Assembly: GCA_964648665.1 (NCBI GenBank)
Contig: CAZYOA010000001.1
Span: 48,128-112,127 of the forward strand
Length of the DNA stretch: 64,000 nt
Direction: 5' to 3'
Source of the DNA: an uncultured Planctomycetales bacterium
Lineage (GTDB): Bacteria; Omnitrophota; Gorgyraeia; Zapsychrales; Aceulaceae
Shown: piece after piece, positions 8,901 through 15,502 of the stretch
How positions within the stretch are numbered: position 1 is the stretch's first letter
Layout: every line of letters starts with the position of its first letter
Notes under the pieces: model-generated
Database searches by the model: none
What the model saw: the letters and a program-made list of their open reading frames with translations, nothing else
Told to the model about the DNA's origin: nothing
Program-made: the position numbers and the translations under genes

Positions 8901-10555
8901 TTGCAAAAGATATTCCAGAGAGATTTAAAGAACTTGGCGAAAGAATTGTGGAGATTGCGCCTGATTCATTTCAAGGTAGTGTAAAAGCTAGAACGGGGAC
9001 TCCTCTTAGGGCCTGGCGAGAAGATTGGTATTTTGGTGTTTCTGATAGAGCGGTTGAGGATTGGCCAGATGGCTTGATTCAGACAAATGCATTTGCATTT
9101 GTTTTGGAAGATCGAGGTGTCGTTGAATTTTGCTTTAAAGATAAAAATGGTTTAGAAAAACCATTATTTGAAGTTGTTCGAATTTTAAAGCCATCACCAA
9201 AAGCGGAAGAATTAAAAAATATTTTGAATAAAATATTTTTTGGCATAAAAGATTTATCTGAGAGCAAGATTGATAATAAAAAACCATTGATTGAGATGAA
9301 GATGCGCTCAGCAGTTCGTCAAATTATTGACGCATATAAAAATTATAAAAATGAGAATTTTTCTTTTGAAGAAATTTATTATGGAGAGGAAAGTTGGAAA
9401 CTTAAGCACGTAAGCTTTGATAATCTTTCAGATGATGACGGAATGTCAGAAGAGTATCGGTTACATCTTAGATTTTTACAGTTTGATATTTTAATCGAGT
9501 ACTCGAAAGAAGAAGGAAGATTTGTTGTCAGATGTAATAGAAAATTTGAAAGGTTTGAAAATCGAGTAGACGAACTTGAGAAAATTGCCAATGATCTTTT
9601 GGTTTCAAGATTTGATCAAGAACAAAAAGAGGATCAAAGTCCGATTGAAGAATTCTTCCCAAAAAATTTAAGAACATTTATTAATAGGATTGAAGCGTAT
9701 GATGGTCTAGGAACAATTAAGAACATAATGATCAATGGAGCTTATATTGAGCCTGAATTGCGCGCTGTGACAAAAAATGACACGATACGTGTTTCTGTTG
9801 ATGAAGGTGATGATAAAAGCGGAAAAGTTGTCATTAATTTCGGCGTAAAAGAAATTGTGAATTTTGTTGAAATTGTAGGAGATTCATCTTCAGAGACAAT
9901 TGCTTTAAAAAAATTCGTTGAAAGTCTTTTGTTTTCAGAAAAAGTTGATTCAAATGTGCAGCCGCAAGCTGCGATTGATGTCTATATGATGATTGTAAAT
10001 GAGCTTACAAAAAAACCTCCGTTTAAAAGTTCAGCTATAATGGGACTTGAGATTGAGATTGGAGATACGACGGTGCGTTATAGTTTTGGTGAAGATAAAG
10101 AAATTTTGATTAATGCTTTGAAATCAGAGGTACTTGATTTGGGTGTTAAAATCACAGTATCTGTACCAAAAGATAGCACAACACAACGCTTTCAAGGTCA
10201 GGCAGTACAATTTTGGATTGATCGCGAGAGTCAGGCTATTGATTACTTGCAAGATCCTGAGCTTGATCCTATGGGTTATATTCGTGAGAATGAAGACATT
10301 CAAATTGCTATTGCGAAAATTTTTGAGACAAAAAATGGTAAAGGATTTGGAAAGACGATAGCTTCATCGAATGTTGGTGGTATTGATTTTGCTGAAACGT
10401 ATAAGACGCTTAATATTAAGGTAGATACAGCTGGCTCGCCTTTACCAATAAGATTTCAGAATCTGGATCAGATTAATCTTAAAGGACTTGTTCCTGTGAT
10501 TTTTAATTTCATTTCTGTATATAATTTGCCTGAATTGCTTGGAATGAGTTTTTAA
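5921..10555 (+). CDS. Giant exported protein, paralog 2 (signal peptide, shared N-module, repeat-array core, shared C-module)
   Basis: 1544-aa uninterrupted ORF. Signal peptide ending ...VVLAQS. Shared N-module at about 6038-6931. Shared C-module at 10361-10552, ending ...LLGMSF. Confidence 0.9.
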   Translation: MNNFFKKGLSLAVAIVFCFQTFLPSVVLAQSVNFPTLNFGTPLSASFSPAIINGLKVNLKNPFELSFLVNTGEDNLQGQTLSEETTKLIKYFLTALTIPEEDLWVNLSPHEKNRIISKEFEQTDMGRDLLLQDYLLKQVSSALVHPDNDLGKEFWKRVYKKSYELYGTTEISADAIQKIWIVPEKSVIYENGDMVFVAESSLKVMTEKDYKAIVNQKNIAIKDSKDVISQNILKEIVIPELEKEVNSGKNFANLRQIYHSLILAVWFKQTLKESILASVYADQNKVAGIESESINVKEEIYDQYLEAYKKGVCDLVKVEYDEHQSRNIPRKYFTGGFSASSVLLSETLNFSAKNYKSIKGSPASQNLWADTGFTPVEPKKISSTIYSPKKGGDGYYLLIEDNTAKLYDPENEDTGKKITLPGLQENPNGFPSIFDALFKKYKSDLVVAEKLKDVVQEEQEGLSNIFKGHFNTFSTLDFINKLTKEVREKKPRIKLFEVAVSTMDRSYHGGTSALKKFRPDNQGRILDMPDSEMKDLNFLRVSFNDYTSVEFEFHHSEIMITTKKQSYGMWRETVETKKLLLKPALEVLSQMEKKYLADSQYAHNLSEEEVKRIYPKTNHDLMILCEHILGLLGRDRVYDMDRVGFAESFDGSEERVHAYIKGINPGNTLTFPREGEGMFKILFLDSGLKVLFESGKIANDELRNFANKIVSYLRGRADAKKLIQNNPPVTESLKQTSQGLVNTSIKGLIQEIVYQIQQTVEDGENIYLDRLKYLNFEDFNKLPSEGMDKVFSLELVFSNGLKILIFYSQKNKRFESTQSMSYGANPNDQREKIKKAVSFALAQEKVSDDAILNASVGEIAEGQKDTLIATDIYKFVYELVDRYRKLAKYSSPTDNLFSSAQYGFPYEGRTIDRLEDFPHNQTMPTGYWLNIRLADGTEFTIRYLKEKGRFVCWHVRPCQRYLDRENEFVQMTESVLALKNSDLKDQDQEKGLMIAKDIPERFKELGERIVEIAPDSFQGSVKARTGTPLRAWREDWYFGVSDRAVEDWPDGLIQTNAFAFVLEDRGVVEFCFKDKNGLEKPLFEVVRILKPSPKAEELKNILNKIFFGIKDLSESKIDNKKPLIEMKMRSAVRQIIDAYKNYKNENFSFEEIYYGEESWKLKHVSFDNLSDDDGMSEEYRLHLRFLQFDILIEYSKEEGRFVVRCNRKFERFENRVDELEKIANDLLVSRFDQEQKEDQSPIEEFFPKNLRTFINRIEAYDGLGTIKNIMINGAYIEPELRAVTKNDTIRVSVDEGDDKSGKVVINFGVKEIVNFVEIVGDSSSETIALKKFVESLLFSEKVDSNVQPQAAIDVYMMIVNELTKKPPFKSSAIMGLEIEIGDTTVRYSFGEDKEILINALKSEVLDLGVKITVSVPKDSTTQRFQGQAVQFWIDRESQAIDYLQDPELDPMGYIRENEDIQIAIAKIFETKNGKGFGKTIASSNVGGIDFAETYKTLNIKVDTAGSPLPIRFQNLDQINLKGLVPVIFNFISVYNLPELLGMSF
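7532..9880 (+). repeat. Protein-level array of about seven divergent 110-140-aa repeats inside paralog 2
   Basis: Recurring strand-rich cores: VEFEFHHSEIMITTKKQS, MFKILFLDSGLKVLFESGK, FSLELVFSNGLKILIFYSQKNKRFES, YWLNIRLADGTEFTIRYLKEKGRFVCW, FAFVLEDRGVVEFCFKDKNG, YRLHLRFLQFDILIEYSKEEGRFVVR, GKVVINFGVKEIVNFVEIVG. Several are followed by a helix-like stretch. Confidence 0.6.
10361..10552 (+). other. Shared C-terminal module (copy 2)
   Basis: ASSNVGGIDFAETYKTLNIKVDTAGSPLPIRFQNLDQINLKGLVPVIFNFISVYNLPELLGMSF. Confidence 0.8.
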
Positions 10556-10565
10556 TTTTAAATCT

Positions 10566-10610
10566 ATGGATTATTTTTATAAATATTGCATTATTTTTAG
10601 AATATTATTT
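10566..10610 (+). pseudogene. More decayed copy of the pilD-tail relic in the paralog 2-3 spacer
   Basis: gattatttttataaatattgcattatttttagaatattatt aligns with gattgtttttataaatattgtgcttttctcttcagatctaattatt at 5545-5590. The first ~20 nt are almost identical; the rest is degraded. Confidence 0.5.
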
Positions 10611-10699
10611 TAGCGTTTTTTATAGGGTTGCAAGTTGTTTTATATCAGATATTTGCAATCTATTTATTTATAAGAAAAAAGTCAGAATTTTCCAAAAAC

Positions 10700-10727
10700 T
10701 TGATTTTTACTGAGAATATGCTATATT
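10700..10727 (+). promoter_or_regulatory. Putative promoter of giant paralog 3 (TTGATT, 16-nt spacer including TGC, TATATT), implying a leader of about 130 nt
   Basis: -35-like hexamer at 10700-10705. Extended -10 TGC-TATATT at 10719-10727. ATATGCTAT core shared with the paralog 2 upstream region. Confidence 0.35.
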
Positions 10728-10861
10728 TTATATACGTTTTTCAAAAGAAAACGTTTTCATCCTCGCAAGGGATACACGCCACGTTTATATATATTTAATA
10801 ATAGCTTAAACCTCGATTCTCGAATTAATTTGCCACGGAGAAAAAAAAGGAGTTACGTCTT

Positions 10862-13800
10862 ATGATCAGTGCATTTGAAGCAAGAAAGTCATCTCTTTCT
10901 TACAAATCTCTTTGTGCGTTTGTTGCATTCGCTTTCTTTGCAACAATGGTAATCTTCCCGAATACTGCTCAAGCTCAAGGTGTGGCTAGTTTGCCACTTC
11001 CAGGGAGCATGGTTGGCATGACGCCAACATTCGCGCCACCAATTATGAAAGGTGTGCAGATAGATCCCGAGCATCCATTCCAATTTAATTTTATTGTGGA
11101 TACGGGCGAAGAAAAAGTTTCGGGTAAAGCTCTTGAAGAAGAGGCAAGCAAGCTGATCAAATACTTCTTGGCCGCAATCACTGTTCCTGATGAAGATTTG
11201 TGGGTCAACCTTTCTCCATATGAAAATAATCGCATTGTTCCAGAAGAGTTTGGAAAAACAGAAATGGGACGCGATCTTTTAGCTCAAGATTATATTTTAA
11301 AGCAATTTACAGCTTCCTTAATTTATCCAGAAGATGATCTGGGTAAGAAATTTTGGAATCGTGTTTACAAAAAAACATATGAAAAATACGGAACAACAGA
11401 TGTCCCGGTCAATACCTTTAATAAGGTATGGGTTGTGCCGCAAAAGGCTGTTGTTTATGAGCATAACGGAACAAGTGCTTTTGTTGTCGAAAGACATCTT
11501 AAGGTTATGCTAGAAGAAGATTTTCTTGCACTTGAGAATTCTAGTAATTCTGATTTTGGTGCACGTGGAGCCACAGAGGTTTTAAGCGCAGATCAGCAAG
11601 CAAAAAGTGAGATCGCCTCACAAATTGTTCGTGATATTTTAATTCCTGAAATTGAAAAAGAAGTTAATCAGGGAAAGAATTTTGCAAATTTGCGTCAGAT
11701 TTATAACGCTATGATTTTATCAACATGGTTTAAAAGACAGCTTAGAGATAGTGTTTTTTCTGACATGTATACAAACAAGAACAAAATTTCTGGTGTTGAT
11801 ATTAAGGATAAAGAGGAAGCTCGAAAGATTTATGATCAATATTTAAAAGCTTTCAAAAAAGGTGTTTGTGATTTTGTTAAGGTTGAGTATGACCAAACTC
11901 AAAATAGAAACATTCCAAGAAAATATTTCTCAGGTGGTTTTGGGCATGTTCCAGATGTTGTTCGCATTAAAAGAAGCTCATCTATTTTAACGTCGGGTCA
12001 GGCAGGAAAGCTGACGGATAAAGCTGGTGAGATTGTCGCTATCAAAGGAAATGCAAATCCGGTTGCAAGTTCAGATATGAATGTGAACAAGGAAAATATC
12101 GCTGGTGATGATGCAGCGATTGTAGTATCGCATAGATCAAAAGCGCCTGACTCTTTTACTGAAAAAGAATTGATAGTGTTCTTAGAAAAACATTCATTAG
12201 CGAAAGATGTTCTTGTATCTCATCGTTCAAAATCACCAAATCCATCGAGAGCTTCTTCTGGTATGAAGAAAGAAGATTCTAAAAGTAAGATTAAAGAAGT
12301 ATGGAGAGATTTTACAAGTATTCTTCCTGATCTTTCTTCAAAGAAAGGGTCTCCTATTGAGCGTATACGCATGATCGCAGGAGCTTTTTTAATTAGTATT
12401 CATGTTGCTTTAATGTCAGCACCTATATCTTTGGCAGAGGGTGTTTTGTTGGATAAATGGGGGATTTTGCAATTTCTTTATGCATCAACGGAAACGCTTG
12501 TTTCTGTCGGAATGGTTGCTTTGGCTGTTCATACAATTATCGCTGTTACAAAAATGGCACAATTTGTGAGTGGGCGAAAATTAAACGCTTTAACTCCAGA
12601 GCTGCAAACGAGAGCACAAGCAGAATGGGATAAGGCAAAAGGAAATATTTTTACAAAAGCAGTTTATTATGCCAAGATGTTTTTCCTTATTCCTGTTGGA
12701 AAGTTTGAAGGTGTGTCTAGGGCTGGATTGACTTATAAAGTGAAAGCTCCAGAGAATAACAATTTATTAGCTCAAGCTCCTATTGCAGCAAAGTTTTTAG
12801 GAAGAGTAGCTATTGGAATTTCGATAATTCTTATCCCGTTAGGACTTATTCTTGGAAATGAAGCTGTTTCTTATGCTTCTCGCTTCTTTTTAACATTAGG
12901 ACTTGTTTCGATGGCAGAATTTGGTTCTGCAGAGCCTGGAGAATATCAGAAATATGTAGAAAGAAAAAAGAGACAAAAAGAATCTATCGATAAAATGGAA
13001 AAAAAGATGGCAGCGGATACTGAAAATTTAACATGGGATCAAAAATCTAGAAAAGTAAGGGATCTTATGAAGGAGACTCGTCCGCAAATGTTTGAATATA
13101 ATAGAGGAAAAAAGCTAATAAAAATATTAGTTTCATGGTTTTATAGAAATTGTGCTATGGGTGGCGATCATACAATTAAGGAATATCCAGAGTCAAATGT
13201 TTCTTTTCAGGAGGCAATGTTTATTCCTCTTTCACATAAAACTGAAGGGGAAAATCAGGACATGACAAAGGAATTGCAAGATACGCTTAAGCAAATTATT
13301 GACGGTACTGAAGGTTGTCGAGTTATGGGAACAGGGCTTGAGGGTGGTATTGCAGCGTATATTGAGCTTGAGGAAGGCGATGTTGTTCCTGAGCAACGCT
13401 TATGGCGCATGATGCGTCAGGCTATGCTTGTTTGTGAGTTTGAGCCTTGGAAAGATGTTGCAATGGCGTTTGATCCTGCCATGAATGCATTGGCAGATAA
13501 TTACAATGTTAAATATAACGGTTGGACAGAACAAGATATTGAAAAGAGATACCTTGGAATTGATATTGACAAAGAGTTTGTTGAAGGTAAATATTATTTT
13601 TATAGACATAAAGGAGATGACGTTGTTATGGATTCCGATGAGATTGGGGATCTTATTCAAGATGCAATGGAAAACAAGGATATTCCTATCGTATCGGTTG
13701 AAGATATTATGGCTGAACGAGATTATGAGGGATGGGCAAGATATAATGAAAGATTTGGTGATATTCAAATTATTGTTGGAGACGATCTTAATACAACAAG

Positions 13801-15397
13801 AGATGAAGCTATTGAGTTTGCAGCTGTGAGAAAGCTGATTAATACTTTCTTGGCTAAGCCAAATCAAATTGGAACTTTAGATGAAACGATCAACGCATTT
13901 TTGGTAGCTACGATCTATCTAATTGAATATATTTCCTCTCATCGATCAAAATCACCAAATACTGATCTTGAGGGTCTTATTGCTTTAGCGTTTCGTGCCC
14001 TTGGACTTAAGGCTGGCGGTGGTCAAAATACAGAGCGTCTAATGAAATATGCTGTTATTTCAAAGGTTATAAATCGAGCTATAAGAGATGCAAAGAATCA
14101 ACTTATCGAGATGTCGAAAGACGATAAAGAGTTGGAAGCAGATCTTGATAGCGTTATGGATCGCCTTAAGATTACAGGTATTTGGGCGCTGGAAGATTTT
14201 ACAAATGCCGGTGTTCCAACTGTTCGAACAACTGTTGCACTTGGTATTCCTGGAAGCCAGAAATATTCAGAGTTTATTCTTGGTGACGGAGCTCCATCTT
14301 TGGGAACTTCAGCAGGAACAGGTGAAGCGGTTCATTTAAATGATAATGTTGTTTATAGAGATCAGATTCCTAGTACAGAGAAACAGTTGAGTTTATTTGA
14401 TGTGCAAGAAGATGGAAGTTATCGTTTTAAGAAATCGATAGATGGAAAAAAGTTGGATCAAGCTACTATTGATTCATATGGCGATGAAGCTTTGAGCCTG
14501 CTTTTCAAGAATGCAAAGCGGAACAAGGGCAAAGGGGGATGTCTGAATGCTGTTGCTAATATAGAAGCTATTTCTAAGGATTTTGTTGGGTTGAGTCTTG
14601 CAGATGTAGGAAAGCCGATTAATGGAAATGATCGAAAGTTACTTGAAAAAGAACTTCGAATGGCTTTGAGTAGAGATCAAGTAAAAAAGCGAGCAACAAA
14701 AAAAGAGTTTATTGCGATTATGCAGAAAAAAGCAAATAATGGTATGAATGCAATTTTAGGTCAATCTGAAGCCATGGCTAGAGTTCAGGCCGCAAATCAA
14801 GGCATAGATCTTTGGGAGTTAATTCAAAATGAATTTCTTATGCGTGGAGCTAAGATTATAGCGCAAAATAATCCAGAGAAATTGCTTACAAAGGGACAGT
14901 TAGAAAAAGTTAAAGAAGGAGAAGCAGGCGATGAAGTTTGGGAAAAGATTTATGAAAACTTGACTTATGAAGAAATAACTGCAGGATTAGGCCTTCTTGG
15001 AAAAGGGGACGGCTATGGCAAGGCGACAGCGATTGTACGCAAAGCCGCTGGAACTTATGACGTTGTTATTAACAAGTTAGTTAAAGAGGGTGTTATTGAG
15101 ATAATTGAAGAAGAGGCAGAGGTAAATACTGAAGTTGTTGTAGATAAAGAAGACGAGAAAAAGACTAAGAAGAAGTCTTCATCAAACCTTGGTGGTATTT
15201 CGATGAGTTCATCAAACTTAGATCTTCAAATTAAGCGGGATGGCGCAGGATCACCACTTCCGATGAATCAGCAACCGATTATGAATATGAATATTCAAGG
15301 TTTTAAATTTAATATTATGACGATTCAGCCAATCACAACAACGATTCCGACTTATTTAGGAATGAGTGATGCTGATTTGTCGATTGCAATGTTGTAA
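10862..15397 (+). CDS. Giant exported/membrane protein, paralog 3 (signal peptide, shared N-module, membrane block, permuted enolase-like module, shared C-module)
   Basis: 1511-aa uninterrupted ORF preceded by AAGGAG. Signal peptide ...NTAQA/QG. Shared N-module at about 10994-11944. Confidence 0.9.
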   Translation: MISAFEARKSSLSYKSLCAFVAFAFFATMVIFPNTAQAQGVASLPLPGSMVGMTPTFAPPIMKGVQIDPEHPFQFNFIVDTGEEKVSGKALEEEASKLIKYFLAAITVPDEDLWVNLSPYENNRIVPEEFGKTEMGRDLLAQDYILKQFTASLIYPEDDLGKKFWNRVYKKTYEKYGTTDVPVNTFNKVWVVPQKAVVYEHNGTSAFVVERHLKVMLEEDFLALENSSNSDFGARGATEVLSADQQAKSEIASQIVRDILIPEIEKEVNQGKNFANLRQIYNAMILSTWFKRQLRDSVFSDMYTNKNKISGVDIKDKEEARKIYDQYLKAFKKGVCDFVKVEYDQTQNRNIPRKYFSGGFGHVPDVVRIKRSSSILTSGQAGKLTDKAGEIVAIKGNANPVASSDMNVNKENIAGDDAAIVVSHRSKAPDSFTEKELIVFLEKHSLAKDVLVSHRSKSPNPSRASSGMKKEDSKSKIKEVWRDFTSILPDLSSKKGSPIERIRMIAGAFLISIHVALMSAPISLAEGVLLDKWGILQFLYASTETLVSVGMVALAVHTIIAVTKMAQFVSGRKLNALTPELQTRAQAEWDKAKGNIFTKAVYYAKMFFLIPVGKFEGVSRAGLTYKVKAPENNNLLAQAPIAAKFLGRVAIGISIILIPLGLILGNEAVSYASRFFLTLGLVSMAEFGSAEPGEYQKYVERKKRQKESIDKMEKKMAADTENLTWDQKSRKVRDLMKETRPQMFEYNRGKKLIKILVSWFYRNCAMGGDHTIKEYPESNVSFQEAMFIPLSHKTEGENQDMTKELQDTLKQIIDGTEGCRVMGTGLEGGIAAYIELEEGDVVPEQRLWRMMRQAMLVCEFEPWKDVAMAFDPAMNALADNYNVKYNGWTEQDIEKRYLGIDIDKEFVEGKYYFYRHKGDDVVMDSDEIGDLIQDAMENKDIPIVSVEDIMAERDYEGWARYNERFGDIQIIVGDDLNTTRDEAIEFAAVRKLINTFLAKPNQIGTLDETINAFLVATIYLIEYISSHRSKSPNTDLEGLIALAFRALGLKAGGGQNTERLMKYAVISKVINRAIRDAKNQLIEMSKDDKELEADLDSVMDRLKITGIWALEDFTNAGVPTVRTTVALGIPGSQKYSEFILGDGAPSLGTSAGTGEAVHLNDNVVYRDQIPSTEKQLSLFDVQEDGSYRFKKSIDGKKLDQATIDSYGDEALSLLFKNAKRNKGKGGCLNAVANIEAISKDFVGLSLADVGKPINGNDRKLLEKELRMALSRDQVKKRATKKEFIAIMQKKANNGMNAILGQSEAMARVQAANQGIDLWELIQNEFLMRGAKIIAQNNPEKLLTKGQLEKVKEGEAGDEVWEKIYENLTYEEITAGLGLLGKGDGYGKATAIVRKAAGTYDVVINKLVKEGVIEIIEEEAEVNTEVVVDKEDEKKTKKKSSSNLGGISMSSSNLDLQIKRDGAGSPLPMNQQPIMNMNIQGFKFNIMTIQPITTTIPTYLGMSDADLSIAML
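12368..12931 (+). other. Block of about 4-5 predicted transmembrane helices inside paralog 3
   Basis: Hydrophobic stretches IRMIAGAFLISIHVALMSAPISLA, WGILQFLYASTETLVSVGMVALAVHTIIAV, AVYYAKMFFLIPVG, FLGRVAIGISIILIPLGLILG and FFLTLGLVSMAEFG. They are followed by a basic stretch, ERKKRQKE. Confidence 0.55.
13139..14086 (+). other. Enolase C-terminal (TIM-barrel) domain-like segment
   Basis: Hand alignment to bacterial enolase, protein first and enolase second. GGDHT / GGEHA. LEGG / DEGG. IPIVSVEDIM / YPIVSIEDGL. IQIIVGDDLNTT / IQLVGDDLFVT. FLAKPNQIGTLDETI / LIK.NQIGSLTETL. ISSHRSKSPNTD / ISHRSGETED. GLKAGG...ERLMKY / QIKTGS...DRVAKY. Confidence 0.8.
14168..14836 (+). other. Enolase N-terminal (capping) domain-like segment, located downstream of the barrel
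   Basis: Protein first, enolase second. ITGIWALEDFTNAGVPTVRTTVAL / I..I.AREI.DSRGNPTVEAEV.L. GAPSLGTSAGTGEAVHLND / AAPSGASTGSREALELRD. KGKGGCLNAVANIEAISKDFVG / LGKGV.KAV..VN..I...L.G. NNGMNAILGQSEAMARVQAANQGIDLWELI / FGANAILAVSLA.AKAAA...G.PLY..I. About 55 aa are inserted after the first third. Confidence 0.7.
15173..15394 (+). other. Shared C-terminal module (copy 3, with a short extra tail)
   Basis: KKSSSNLGGISMSSSNLDLQIKRDGAGSPLPMNQQPIMNMNIQGFKFNIMTIQPITTTIPTYLGMSDADLSIAML. Confidence 0.75.
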
Positions 15398-15418
15398 AAG
15401 AATTAAGCATTATTTGAA

Positions 15419-15456
15419 GAGCCGCTGTTTTAGTTTTAAGACAGCGGCTCTTTTTT
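15419..15456 (+). terminator. Rho-independent terminator after paralog 3
   Basis: Perfect 10-bp stem GAGCCGCTGT / ACAGCGGCTC. 12-nt loop. Followed by TTTTTT. Confidence 0.85.
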
Positions 15457-15467
15457 ATTTTTAATCT

Positions 15468-15496
15468 TTTACCGAATAGAGTTTTTCTGTTAGAAT
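15468..15496 (+). promoter_or_regulatory. Putative promoter of aroK (TTTACC, 17-nt spacer including TGT, TAGAAT)
   Basis: Extended -10 TGT-TAGAAT at 15488-15496. Weak -35 at 15468-15473. The -10 ends 7 nt before the aroK ATG. Confidence 0.3.
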
Positions 15497-15502
15497 TTGA
15501 TT

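Noticed and set aside
13400-13867. 155-aa minus-strand ORF. The same applies to the minus-strand ORFs at 34704-35246, 29180-29635, 48059-48487, 27196-27546, 28385-28747 and 45366-45680.
   Set aside because: Each lies fully antisense to a + strand gene with strong family motifs (enolase-like module, kdsD, GT9, cpaF, GT4/GT9, dxr). Their translations are low-complexity Ile/Asn/Ser/Phe-rich strings typical of shadow ORFs in AT-rich DNA.
980-15397. Giant proteins considered as RTX toxins, Rhs/YD polymorphic toxins, classical autotransporters or type IV pilins.
   Set aside because: No GGxGxD nonapeptide arrays are present; GGID occurs once per protein. There are no YD/Rhs repeats or PAAR, no C-terminal beta-barrel of autotransporter length, and no prepilin G/FTLIE-type leader despite the pilD neighbour.
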